A stretch of 59,258 nucleotides of DNA from an uncultured Flavobacteriaceae bacterium (GCA_963972105.1 CAXAVH010000001.1:1-59258); one strand, 5' to 3'; shown: positions 45,463-55,621, counted from the stretch's first letter. Translations and numbers: made by a program. The notes: generated by a model from the letters alone, not told the origin.

Positions 45463-47966
45463 TTATTCCTTCAGGAATTTCTTAGTTACCGACCCTTGCT
45501 CGGTCCCCATCCTCACAAAATAGACACCCGCCACCAGATTTGCCACCGGGAGGGAAATTTTCTGGTCTATTTGCTTATCGGCATAAAACCTGAGCAATTT
45601 CCCCTGAATATCAAAAATGCGAATATCCGCCTCAATGGCCTGCGGCAACAAGATGTTCAGCACGTCTTTGGCGGGGTTTGGCGAAACGGTTATGGCTGTG
45701 GCCCAGCTAACCGAACTTGTGCCCAGCACCTCATCTTCAACCAGGGGCGACGACCAGAGACCCCGACCGTACGTTGCGGCATAAAGTTTGTCTTCGGCCG
45801 CGTTCACTTCCAACTCGTTAATCTGTACGTTGGGAAGATTGGTGCTAAATGGCTGCCAATCGTCCAAAATGCTATCTATATAGTAAATTCCGTAGTCCAT
45901 GCCCAAATAGAGACCATCCTTGCCGTTATCGTCCCATACCAGAGCTAGCGCGCTAAAATTGGGCAAATTCTTTCTGAAATTTTCCCAGGTTTGCCCCCCA
46001 TCGCTCGATACAGACACTTTGTTAGTACTTGTTGTTGCAACCGCAATTAGGTTGGGGTTGGCGGGGTGAATGGCGATCGAGTTTATCAATCCTCCCGGTG
46101 CGGTAAGGAGCTGCCAGCTTGTAGCGCCCCCATCCTCGGTTTTATACAACTGCGCCCCATTGGCCGCGTAGAGCACATTGGGGTTAGATTCGGCTAGTTT
46201 CAATTGTTCGATGTTACCGCCCAAATGCTGTGAAACAACTTGCCACGTACTGCCCTTGTTGGTCGACTTGTAGACTCTGTCGTACCCCAGGTAAATCGTG
46301 TTGGGCGCTATCGGGTCCTGCTCAAATGGAGTTACCCAATTTCCGCTTCCGGCACCGGGCTCTTGCAGGTATGTTATTGAGTATGCCGCATTATCGGTAC
46401 GGTACAGCTGTCCATTTTGGGAAGTTCCGTACATTATATTGCTATTGTCCTTGTCTACGAAGCCTTCCATCCCATCGGCGCCCAGCCAATCAATCCAACC
46501 ATTCGCTTCGGTATAAAATGACGAGCCATTATCTTGGGAACCTCCGGTTACCACCACGTTCGGGGTTTGGGAAATCCCGATTTTATAAAATTGACGAATG
46601 CCTATGCCATTCGTAATATCGGTGTAATAATTGGCATTAATGACCTCGGTATTCTCGGCCTTGAAAATACCGCCGTCTGTGCCCGCATACAGGGTATTTC
46701 CATGAAACTCAAGAATGTCGACATCGGCGTGGCAGTATCCAATATTGGCAGCTGCCGCATTGTCGGGAATCCAATCTGAGGTGCAGAAAAAACTAATTCC
46801 GCCGTCCATAGAACGCCACGTTAAAATTCCGGCGATGTGCACCTCATTCGGGTTTGCGGGATGCACGGCAATATCCATATCGCGGGGGGCCTGGCCGCGA
46901 TTATCATTGGCCTGTGTACTATACCCGAAATAATTGGCCCCGGCGTGATTCAGTTCATCAAAAGAAGCGCCCCCGTCTACCGATTTATACAAACCACCAA
47001 ATTTGCCAGAATTGGCCTCAAGTACATACAAAATAGAAGGATTGGATGCGGAAATTGCCATCATCTTCGGTCCGTTCGAAAACCCAGCAATCTCGGTAAA
47101 GGTAGCACCCCATCTATCGATTTGTGAACCTTGCTGCCCGATGCGAACACTACGGATGGATCGTCGGGCTGAAACTCGATGTCGTAGCCCTCGAAATCGG
47201 AAAGTGCGACACGCGTCCAACTGAGGCCCGCATCGCTAGAGCGGAAAATTCCCGAATTCGAAACCGTAGCGAACAGTATCGCGGGGTTCTGCGGATGAAT
47301 CAATATCTTGTTGACAACGGAATTGCCCGCGGTAACATTTCCCAATAAATTCCAAGTGGCCCCCGCATCGGTCGAGCTGAATATCATTCCTCCGGAAGAC
47401 CCGAAGAAATACACCGAAGGATCGGTGGGGTGCATCGCCACCGAGTATACTTTTAAATTGTTGAAGAAATCGCTAAGGGGCGCCCACGTCTGTCCACCAT
47501 CGAAGGTATTCCAAACGCCACCTGTATTGGCACCTAACAACATATGGTTACTATTGGATGCTTGAATGGCAATGCCGGTAACGCGGCCCACTCCCGGGTT
47601 CCAGCTCGTGGTGGCATTATAGTAGTCTGGGCCCAATTCCTCCCAGTTATCTTGCAGCGGAGAGCGCAACGGCGCCGTGCGGTTCAGGTACGCATTATAG
47701 CGCTGAAATTCCTGTAACTCCTCGGCATCTGTCGCCAAAAACCCGTTCTCGTTTTGTAGTCTCAGGGCGTTGTATTCCCAGCGCTTGAACTGTACATAGC
47801 CTGAGCCCCTTCCTTTGTCGGAATTCGAGAAATAGGCTTCGGCCGCCTCGACGATTTCCGCTACACGGAAATTTCCAGAATCGATCATTTCCTGGTAGAC
47901 CTGCGCGTTTGTGTGCTGAATCCACATGCTACACAGGATAATCAGACTACTTATGGTACGGTTCAT
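45463..47966 (-). pseudogene. sortilin/VPS10-like BNR-repeat surface protein with T9SS C-terminal sorting domain, interrupted by a 1-nt frameshift
   Basis: Two overlapping ORFs (47061-47966 and 45463-47220) lie in different frames. The upstream part has a signal peptide and the Asp-boxes FDGGQTW, TDAGATW and SDAGLSW. The downstream part has VDGGASF, MDGGISF, SDGGQTW and a T9SS CTD (...VSPNPAKDVLNIL...GVYFVRM...). The frames join inside an Asp-box (KSIDG|GATFTEI) at a G4 run, which is plus-strand CCCC at 47108-47111. Confidence 0.8.
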
Positions 47967-48071
47967 AGTAAGGGTTTAATTGTCAACGATTTTCAAAAGT
48001 ATGGTTTTTTACGTCTTGTGTGAATGCAAACTTTGTATTTTTACGCCTCGCCAACCTGAAACCTCACCTGT

Positions 48072-49511
48072 ATGCAACCGCTACATATTTTATTGTTAAT
48101 CGCATCGTACTTCGGACTCCTGTTGCTTATTTCGCATTTTACAAATAAGGGGGGGAGCAACGCCGATTTTTTCAAGGCGGGCAAGGAATCGCCCTGGTAT
48201 TTGGTGGCTTTTGGAATGATTGGCGCCTCGCTGAGCGGGGTTACCTTTATATCGGTGCCGGGATGGGTAGAGGCATCGCAGTTCAGTTACTTTCAGGTAG
48301 TTCTGGGGTATACCGTAGGATATGCCGTAATTGGCACGGTATTGCTTCCCCTCTATTACAGGCTCAACTTAACCTCGATTTACACATATTTGGAAGGGCG
48401 CTTTGGCACGGCCTCGTATAAAACGGGCGCATCGTTCTTCCTGCTATCGCGAGTTATCGGCGCAAGTTTTAGGCTATACCTTGTTGCGGTGGTGCTACAG
48501 AGTCTCGTGTTTGATGCTCTGGGTGTTCCTTTTTGGGTAACCGTAACCATCACGATACTTCTTATTTGGCTGTACACCTATAAAAGTGGGATTAAGACCA
48601 TTGTATGGACCGATACGCTTCAGACTTTATTTATGTTATTGGCCCTCGGTGTGGCTATATATTACATCGCTACAGACCTGGGGCTTGCCGGTTCGTCCCT
48701 TTTCAGCTTTATTGCTGAAAGCGACTTGTCTAAAATGTTCTTTTTCGACGATTGGAAAAGCGGCGACCATTTTGTGAAGCAGTTCCTGAGCGGAGCCTTC
48801 ATTGCCATTGTTATGACCGGCCTAGACCAAGATATGATGCAAAAGAACCTAACCTGCCGCAGTTTGGGAGACGCGCAGAAAAACATGTTCTGGTTTACAA
48901 TCGTGCTAACGATCGTTAATTTTATTTTCCTGGCGCTAGGACTATTACTCACGGTATATGCGCAACAAAACGGTATCGAGGCCAACAAAGACCAATTGTT
49001 CCCCACAATTGCCACGCAAAGCGGACTTGGCGTGGGCATCGCCGTATTTTTCCTATTGGGGCTTATAGCCGCGGCCTACTCCAGTGCAGATAGCGCGCTA
49101 ACGTCATTAACTACCTCCTTCAGTATCGATATATTGGAAATTGAGAAAAAGTACGATGAACTGAAACAGGTCGCCATCCGAAAGCGAATCCATATTTTTA
49201 CCTCGGTGGTGCTGGTGCTGGTAATCATCATTTTCAAGTATGTTATCGCAGATGCCTCGGTCATTGCGAAACTCTTCGTTTTCGCCGGGTATACGTATGG
49301 ACCCTTACTGGGCTTATACGCCTTCGGGCTCTTTACCAAATGGCAGGTATATGATCGTTGGGTTCCGTTGGTTGCCATAGCCACGCCCCTTATCGGGTTT
49401 CTTGTAGATTATTACAGCAAGCTTTGGTTCAATTTTGAATTTCTATTCTTCATCCTGCTGCTGAACGGTGCGCTCACCTTTTTGGGCCTAGTACTGATTA
49501 GACGAAAGTAG
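48072..49511 (+). CDS. sodium:solute symporter (SSS) family transporter
   Basis: 479 aa with about 12-13 TM segments. The N-terminal ...NADFFKAGKESPWYLVAFGMIGASLSGVTFISVPG is typical of the SSS family. Confidence 0.85.
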   Translation: MQPLHILLLIASYFGLLLLISHFTNKGGSNADFFKAGKESPWYLVAFGMIGASLSGVTFISVPGWVEASQFSYFQVVLGYTVGYAVIGTVLLPLYYRLNLTSIYTYLEGRFGTASYKTGASFFLLSRVIGASFRLYLVAVVLQSLVFDALGVPFWVTVTITILLIWLYTYKSGIKTIVWTDTLQTLFMLLALGVAIYYIATDLGLAGSSLFSFIAESDLSKMFFFDDWKSGDHFVKQFLSGAFIAIVMTGLDQDMMQKNLTCRSLGDAQKNMFWFTIVLTIVNFIFLALGLLLTVYAQQNGIEANKDQLFPTIATQSGLGVGIAVFFLLGLIAAAYSSADSALTSLTTSFSIDILEIEKKYDELKQVAIRKRIHIFTSVVLVLVIIIFKYVIADASVIAKLFVFAGYTYGPLLGLYAFGLFTKWQVYDRWVPLVAIATPLIGFLVDYYSKLWFNFEFLFFILLLNGALTFLGLVLIRRK

Positions 49512-49862
49512 TACCAGGGTACAGGCCACTTCGCGTTCAATTCCTTCTTCGCGCAAAAGCTTGTACAGCTCTGGATTTTCGGTACCCGGGTTGAAGATAA
49601 CTCGTTTTGGTTGCAGCGAAATAATATAGTCGTAATATTCCTGTTGCCGCTTGGGGTTTAGATACAGGGTTACGGTGTGGACGTTCTCGAAAGGTACTTT
49701 TTCGGTAGTTATATCCACTCCTGCCACCACTCCCGTCTTCAGACCAACGGCCTCTACCGGTTGGTCGTATTTACGCAATCTGCTAATCGCCAGGTTCGAG
49801 TAGCGGGACGGATTTAAACTGGCTCCTAAAACCAAGGTTTTCTTTTTCATAGCAATGTTCAT
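49488..49862 (-). CDS. CoA-binding domain protein
   Basis: 124 aa with KKTLVLGASLNPSRYSN...VHTVTLYLNP. The start could be the ATG at 49850 (MKKKTLV). The 3' end overlaps the convergent symporter gene by 24 nt. Confidence 0.8.
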   Translation of the reverse strand: MNIAMKKKTLVLGASLNPSRYSNLAISRLRKYDQPVEAVGLKTGVVAGVDITTEKVPFENVHTVTLYLNPKRQQEYYDYIISLQPKRVIFNPGTENPELYKLLREEGIEREVACTLVLLSSNQY

Positions 49863-50042
49863 TTTAGCATTGGATATTTAAAATACGGCTTGCCTATTTT
49901 CCACTGCGCCAAAACTTTGTTAAAAAAGAAAATTAGTGTAACAATGTACAATCCCGTCCGTCTATTGGGTAGAGATATTTCTTCTTTACTGTGATATTTT
50001 TACGTTGATGGTTAGTGTTAATAAGATCAGTAAGGATACAAG

Positions 50043-50074
50043 CCCGGCGCCGGAAGGTGCCGGGTTTGTTTTTT
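50043..50074 (+). terminator. orphan plus-strand intrinsic-terminator-like hairpin in a gene-free region
   Basis: The stem CCCGGC (50043-50048) pairs with GCCGGG (50059-50064) around a 10-nt loop, followed by TTTGTTTTTT. There is no plus-strand gene upstream. Confidence 0.5.
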
Positions 50075-50400
50075 GTATTCCGGCGCCGGGCAGAACCTCG
50101 TGCCCGACAAAATGTCGAAAAGCACCTCAATCCCAGGCTATTAGGTGCAGAAATGTCAGATTCAAAAGGTAAGCAATAGAACAGGGATTTTCCCAGCATA
50201 TCTCTCCAGCTACCGGTATATTCTTAGTTTCAGAAATAAATTTTAACATTTAAAAGCCTGACAGTGTTATCTTTACGTTAAAATTCAATCTGCGATGCAA
50301 CATTTGGCACAATTTTTCAGTCTATATATAATGAATACCTAAGTTTTATAATTTATTTGAATTAGCCATTCTATAAAATTGACCTATTAGGTATAACAAA

Positions 50401-50431
50401 CCATCCGCCGTTGCGGATGGTTTTCTTTTTT
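50401..50431. terminator. hairpin terminator downstream of fabH (the stronger T-tract is on the plus strand)
   Basis: The stem CCATCCGC (50401-50408) pairs with GCGGATGG (50413-50420) around a 4-nt loop. The plus strand continues TTTTCTTTTTT, and the minus strand continues TTTGTTATAC. Confidence 0.7.
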
Positions 50432-50447
50432 CGGCCTATGCCTTTTA

Positions 50448-51455
50448 CTACCACCGGATGATTGCGCTTCCCCAGGTAAAGCCACTGCCAAACGCCGCGA
50501 GCACAACAAGATCGCCCTTCTTTATTTTACCTGCCTCCCAGGCCTCCGTTAGCGCAATGGGAATAGACGCCGCCGTGGTATTACCGTACTTTTGGATATT
50601 GTTGAAAACCTGGTCGTCGCCCAACCCCAGCTTTTGTTGGATAAACTGTGAAATTCGCAAATTGGCCTGGTGGGGTATCAGCATATCGATATCCGCTACC
50701 TTCAAGTTATTGGCATCGAGGCCTTCCTTGATAACTTCGGAAAAACGGACAATAGCGTGCTTGAACACGAACTGCCCGTTCATATACGGGTAGTACGGAA
50801 TATTTTCCTGTGGATCGTCCTCGATTATTTGCGGCACCCAATATTCGGTACTTGGACCTTGCAGTGCGAGCTCATTTTTGTACTGCCCCTCACTGTGCAA
50901 ATGAGTTGAGAGAATACCCGATCCCTCCGCGTCGCCTCGCGAAACGACCGCCGCACCGGCACCATCCCCAAAAATCACCGACACGCTGCGGCCCCGGGTG
51001 GTAAAGTCGAGTCCACCGCTGTGGTTTTCGGCCCCTATGACGAGTACGTTTTTGCACATCCCGGTTTTAATATATTGATCGGCAACCGAAAGTGCATATA
51101 CAAAGCCACTGCACTGGTTGCGCACGTCAAGTGCGGGTATGGTGCGCATTTCCATCATTTCCTGCACCTCTACCCCACCTCCTGGGAAATACATATCTGG
51201 GCTCAGCGTGGCGAATACGATCATATCAATATCATCCTTTGTAATTCCTGCACGTTCTAAAGCTATTTTGGCAGCCTTAACGCCCATTTTAGAGGTCGAA
51301 TTTCCATCGCCTTTCTTGATATGCCTCCGCTCCTTTATTCCGGTGCGTTCCTGTATCCAGGCATCGTTGGTATCCATCAATTTTGACAGATCGTCGTTGG
51401 TAACTACGTTTTCGGGCACGTAGTATCCCAGCCCGGTAATTTTAGATGTATACAT
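50448..51455 (-). CDS. fabH: 3-oxoacyl-ACP synthase III
   Basis: 335 aa with ITGLGYYVPENVVTNDDL..., the active-site context NQCSGFVYAL, then HQANLRI and GFTWGS. Confidence 0.92.
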   Translation of the reverse strand: MYTSKITGLGYYVPENVVTNDDLSKLMDTNDAWIQERTGIKERRHIKKGDGNSTSKMGVKAAKIALERAGITKDDIDMIVFATLSPDMYFPGGGVEVQEMMEMRTIPALDVRNQCSGFVYALSVADQYIKTGMCKNVLVIGAENHSGGLDFTTRGRSVSVIFGDGAGAAVVSRGDAEGSGILSTHLHSEGQYKNELALQGPSTEYWVPQIIEDDPQENIPYYPYMNGQFVFKHAIVRFSEVIKEGLDANNLKVADIDMLIPHQANLRISQFIQQKLGLGDDQVFNNIQKYGNTTAASIPIALTEAWEAGKIKKGDLVVLAAFGSGFTWGSAIIRW

Positions 51456-51523
51456 GAGTTTCTTTTAACAGTAAGCAAGATAGCCAATAACTGTTAGGCG
51501 TAGAAACTTTTTACCCCCATCTC

Positions 51524-51537
51524 TTATGCGCGCATAA
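51524..51537. promoter_or_regulatory. perfect 14-bp palindrome in the fabH / S9-peptidase divergent spacer (candidate operator)
   Basis: TTATGCGCGCATAA is its own reverse complement and is GC-cored within an AT-rich spacer. Confidence 0.3.
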
Positions 51538-51607
51538 CAAATAATACGTTGCATCGAGGGGTAATTTTGAGTACCTTTTCAGAAAATTACATTAAATACT
51601 ATTTCTG

Positions 51608-54058
51608 ATGAAAAAACAAATGTTACTCCTCGCCCTTTTGGCGTGCTATGCCATTTCCCTTGCACAGGAAAAGACAGGTTACCAAACCCCGCCAAAGGAA
51701 ATCTTAGACCTAGTTGAGGCGGCCCCCGCACCTTCCGTTTTATTGGACGATGCCGGTGAAAACGTAGTGCTACTCTACCGCGATACTTACAAGAGTATTG
51801 CAGAACTTTCGGAGGCAGAGATGCGCCTGGGCGGCCTGCGCATAAACCCCAAGACAAATATCGGCAGCCGTACCAATTACTTTAATGACATTAAACTCAA
51901 AAAAGCAACAGCCAAGGAGGCCACCGCGGTTTCTGGCTTGCCGGAAAATGCCCGACTGTCAGATTTCAACTGGTCGCCCGACCAGCGTAAAATTGCCTTT
52001 TTGAACACCACTTCTACGGGTGTTGAAGTGTGGATGCTCGACCTAAACCTGCGCGCAGCCGTACGGCTCACCGATTCCAAGGTGAACGCCAACATGGGCG
52101 ATGCCATAAGCTGGTTTAAGGGAGAAGACGCCCTTTTGGTAAAAATGCTACCAACAAACCGGGCCGCGTTGATCAACACCAATGAGGCCGTACCCGATGG
52201 CCCCACCATTACCGAGAGTGACGGCGAGAAGGCACAGAATAGGACGTACCAAGATTTGCTGAAGAACCCAAATGATGAGTTCAATTTCCAGCAGTTGGCG
52301 CTTTCAGAATTGAAAAAGGTATCCCTTACCGGCAACGTAACACATTTCCTTCCGGCAGCTATGTACGATGATATATCATTCTCGCCGGATGGCAATTACG
52401 TGCTCATTTCCGAAGTAAAAAAACCCTTTTCATACATTGTGCCCTATAACAGGTTCCCCTTTACCGAGACCATTTACCGGAATACCGGCGCAAAGGTGGC
52501 CGTGGTGAATGACGTGCCGCTGGACGAAGTGCGGCCAAAGGGCTTTATGGCTACCCGTACCGGCAAACGCAACGTTAGCTGGCGCGATGATGCCCCCGCC
52601 ACCTTAATGTATGTCGAGGCCCTCGACAACGGCGATCCAGACGTAGCGGTCGAGTACCGCGATGTGGTAAAGCTGCTGAAGGCCCCTTTTACTGGGAATG
52701 CCACGGAACTCCTGAAAACGAAAAATCGCTTTAGCGGTATAACCTGGGGAACCGACACCTATGCGGTGGCCTATGATTATTGGTGGAACGACCGCAACAC
52801 GAAAACCTATATCTTCAACCCTTCGCAACCGCAACAGGCGCCCACCATTATTTTCGACCGTAACTATCAGGACAATTATAGCGATCCCGGCAGTTTTGTG
52901 ACCCATCGCAACGATTACGGGCGAAATGTACTCGCCATTGACAACGGAAAGGCCTATTTAATGGGCGAAGGCTTTAGCGAAGAAGGACAATTTCCGTTTA
53001 TCGATCAGTTCGACCTTGCCCCAAAAACTACTAAGCGATTGTATACCTCAACGTATACCGACAAAAAAGAGACGCTGTACGAGGCCATCGATATGGAGAA
53101 GGGAAAAATACTGGTGCGTCTCGAGTCGCCCAATGAGTATCCAAATTACTATTTCAGAAATATCTATAAGAGAAATAGTTTGACGCCCATAACCTCCTTC
53201 GAAAACCCGTATAAGAGTCTCGCCGATGTACACAAGGAAGTAATTACCTATAAACGCGATGATGGCCTGGAACTGGAGGGCACACTGTATTTACCCGTTG
53301 GGTACGATAAGGAGAAAAAGGAGAAGAAACCCATGGTCCTATGGGCCTACCCAAGGGAATTTAAGGACAAGAGCAGCGCCTCGCAGAATACTACCAATCC
53401 GAACGAATTCATCTATCCATATTACGGCAGCCCCATTTATTGGGTAACGCAAGGGTATGTGGTACTGGACGATGCCGCCTTCCCCATCGTGGGAGAGGGC
53501 GACGATGAACCAAACGATACCTTTCGGAAACAGCTTGTAGCGAATGCCAAGGCCGCTATTGATGCGGTCGATGACCTGGGCTATATAGATCGCAATCGCG
53601 TGGGCGTGGGCGGCCATAGCTATGGGGCCTTTATGGTGGCAAACTTGCTTAGCCACAGTGACCTGTTCGCGGCCGGGATTGCCCGCAGTGGGGCCTACAA
53701 CCGAACCTTAACGCCCTTTGGTTTCCAGAGCGAGGAACGCAGCTATTGGGACTCGCCCGAGACCTATTACGCGATGTCCCCCTTTATGCACGCAGATAAA
53801 ATGGATGAGCCGCTTTTGCTTATCCACGGGGAGGCCGATAACAATAGCGGTACCTACCCCCTACAGAGTGAGCGTTATTTCAATGCGCTGAAGGGACTCG
53901 GGGCAAAGGCCCGGTTGGTTATGCTTCCTAAGGAAAGTCATGGCTACCGTGCCAAGGAAAGCATCTTGCACCTGTTGTGGGAACAAGACCGCTGGCTAGA
54001 TACGTACGTGAAAAATAAGAATACGGTCGAGGTACAGAACGACGCCACCAAAATGTAA
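51608..54058 (+). CDS. S9-family serine peptidase (prolyl oligopeptidase / dipeptidyl-peptidase-like, N-terminal beta-propeller)
   Basis: 816 aa with a signal peptide. The catalytic triad contexts are GGHSYGAF (Ser), IHGEADNN (Asp) and KESHGY (His). Confidence 0.88.
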   Translation: MKKQMLLLALLACYAISLAQEKTGYQTPPKEILDLVEAAPAPSVLLDDAGENVVLLYRDTYKSIAELSEAEMRLGGLRINPKTNIGSRTNYFNDIKLKKATAKEATAVSGLPENARLSDFNWSPDQRKIAFLNTTSTGVEVWMLDLNLRAAVRLTDSKVNANMGDAISWFKGEDALLVKMLPTNRAALINTNEAVPDGPTITESDGEKAQNRTYQDLLKNPNDEFNFQQLALSELKKVSLTGNVTHFLPAAMYDDISFSPDGNYVLISEVKKPFSYIVPYNRFPFTETIYRNTGAKVAVVNDVPLDEVRPKGFMATRTGKRNVSWRDDAPATLMYVEALDNGDPDVAVEYRDVVKLLKAPFTGNATELLKTKNRFSGITWGTDTYAVAYDYWWNDRNTKTYIFNPSQPQQAPTIIFDRNYQDNYSDPGSFVTHRNDYGRNVLAIDNGKAYLMGEGFSEEGQFPFIDQFDLAPKTTKRLYTSTYTDKKETLYEAIDMEKGKILVRLESPNEYPNYYFRNIYKRNSLTPITSFENPYKSLADVHKEVITYKRDDGLELEGTLYLPVGYDKEKKEKKPMVLWAYPREFKDKSSASQNTTNPNEFIYPYYGSPIYWVTQGYVVLDDAAFPIVGEGDDEPNDTFRKQLVANAKAAIDAVDDLGYIDRNRVGVGGHSYGAFMVANLLSHSDLFAAGIARSGAYNRTLTPFGFQSEERSYWDSPETYYAMSPFMHADKMDEPLLLIHGEADNNSGTYPLQSERYFNALKGLGAKARLVMLPKESHGYRAKESILHLLWEQDRWLDTYVKNKNTVEVQNDATKM

Positions 54059-54081
54059 TTTCCGAAACTTATACTAATGCG

Positions 54082-54112
54082 AAAGCCCCGTGTACACGGG
54101 GCTTTCTTCTTT
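54082..54112 (+). terminator. rho-independent terminator after the S9 peptidase gene
   Basis: The stem AAAGCCCCGT / ACGGGGCTTT has a 4-nt loop and is followed by a CTTCTTT T-rich tract. Confidence 0.85.
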
Positions 54113-54281
54113 CATGCAACAAGGGTGCTAAGAGCACCCTTGTCAAAACAACCTAACCAATAAAATAATAGAAAAAAATTTACTTTCTCATAGCAATTCT
54201 ATTATCCCACTTCGTTACCTCAAAGATACAACATTTTTGTTTAATAAAATCACTTATTTGTTAAACAAAATGTTAAATATT

Positions 54282-55589
54282 TTACACATACTTTTTATAG
54301 GCCTCAATAGTTACCTCGGCACCCAAATCGTTCAAAAGGTTGTATAGGCCAAAGAACGTCCTGTTTATATAGAGGAAATGTTTGGAACCCCTATTTCCGT
54401 TCATTTTGCGCAGTTCGGTATCCTTCGAATATTTCTCACTGAGCGCAGCGATTTTTCCGAAGAATTCGGCATCGCTAAAATCGAACGTCTCGTTATGGAA
54501 CGGCTGGGTAAAGAGACTGAGCATTTCGTGAAAGAGCTCGGAGAAAAACTTCACCTCCCCGGGGGTGTCGTCCCGCTTCAAAATTTCCAGCTGGTACATT
54601 GACGATAAAAACACTTCGGGATTGTTTATACGCTCCGGGTTGGCCAGTTCAAAATATGGCTCGTAAAAGTCATTGGGCACAGCCTTTACGCAGCCAAAGT
54701 CGATGGCAATGAGATTGCCTTGTTGATCGACCAGAAAATTACCCGGATGGGGATCAGCGTGCACGCGCTTTAAAACGTGCATCTGGTACATATAAAAATC
54801 CCAAAGTGCCTGTCCTACCACATTTGCCAACTGCCTGTCTGTATTGCGTGCGGCAAATTGCGAGAGGTGCTCGCCTTGCATCCAATCCATCGTTATAATT
54901 CGATCGGTAGAGAGCGCTTCATAGTAATTGGGGAATCGTAATTGGGGAATGTTGCCACAGGCTTCGGAAATTTCCTTGCTCTGCGCAACCTCTAAGATAT
55001 AATCGGTCTCCTCTAGGAGCTTTCCCTCTATCTCCTGGAAATATTTATCAGAATCCTTTCCCTTTAAGTTGAACATCCGCATAGCCACCGGCTTTACCAG
55101 GGCCAGGTCGCTGCTAATGCTCTGTGCCACGCCGGGATATTGGATTTTCACCGCCAGCTCCTTCCCGTCCTTTGTGGCATAGTGCACCTGGCCAATACTG
55201 GCCGCAGCAACCGATTCGGAATTGAACGTATCGAAAATCGCATCGGGCGACTTTCCGAAGTATTTCTGAAAGGTCTTGCGCACCAACGGGGCCGATAATG
55301 GCGGCACCTGAAACTGCGCCAGGGAAAATCTCTCGACATACGCCCGGGGCATGATGTTCTTCTCCATACTCAGCATCTGGGCCACCTTGAGGGCGCTTCC
55401 CTTCAGGCTCTTGAGGCCATCGTAAATATCCTCGGCATTGCTTTCGTTTAGCTGGTCCTTGGATAGCTCGGGGTTCACGAGCTTGCCGCCATAATATTTC
55501 AAATAATTACCGCCCACCTTCACGCCCGTCTTGACCAGTTGGCTGGCGCGTGCAATTTTATGGGTGGGTATGCTATCGATCGTTTTCAA
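54282..55589 (-). CDS. ABC1/UbiB (AarF) family atypical protein kinase
   Basis: 435 aa with ...AAASIGQVHYAT...LAVKIQYPG...HADPHPGNF...IDFG. Confidence 0.88.
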   Translation of the reverse strand: MKTIDSIPTHKIARASQLVKTGVKVGGNYLKYYGGKLVNPELSKDQLNESNAEDIYDGLKSLKGSALKVAQMLSMEKNIMPRAYVERFSLAQFQVPPLSAPLVRKTFQKYFGKSPDAIFDTFNSESVAAASIGQVHYATKDGKELAVKIQYPGVAQSISSDLALVKPVAMRMFNLKGKDSDKYFQEIEGKLLEETDYILEVAQSKEISEACGNIPQLRFPNYYEALSTDRIITMDWMQGEHLSQFAARNTDRQLANVVGQALWDFYMYQMHVLKRVHADPHPGNFLVDQQGNLIAIDFGCVKAVPNDFYEPYFELANPERINNPEVFLSSMYQLEILKRDDTPGEVKFFSELFHEMLSLFTQPFHNETFDFSDAEFFGKIAALSEKYSKDTELRKMNGNRGSKHFLYINRTFFGLYNLLNDLGAEVTIEAYKKYV

Positions 55590-55621
55590 TATAGATTATG
55601 TTATTTAGATGGTACGGTGCC

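Noticed and set aside
47061-47220. The frameshift in the sortilin-like gene might be a programmed ribosomal frameshift or a phase-variation switch.
   Set aside because: The site is only a G4/G5 run with no slippery heptamer or downstream pseudoknot that I can see, and it falls in the middle of a structural Asp-box. An error or a simple inactivating mutation is far more likely.
49488-49511. A 24-nt convergent overlap of the symporter and CoA-binding protein gene 3' ends.
   Set aside because: This is common in compact genomes. There is no additional signal such as a hairpin or conserved motif that would suggest regulation.
49933-50199. An 88-aa minus-strand ORF in the large spacer upstream of the CoA-binding protein gene.
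   Set aside because: Its composition is Arg/Cys/Phe-rich with no motif. It spans the GC-rich palindromes and terminator hairpins, so the open frame is more likely incidental to structured noncoding DNA.
54120-54142. A second perfect 9-bp hairpin (CAAGGGTGC-taaga-GCACCCTTG) lies after the S9 peptidase terminator, raising the question of whether it terminates the convergent ABC1 kinase gene.
   Set aside because: There is no T-tract on either strand, and it lies about 140 nt from the ABC1 stop. It cannot be assigned confidently and is noted only as a hairpin.
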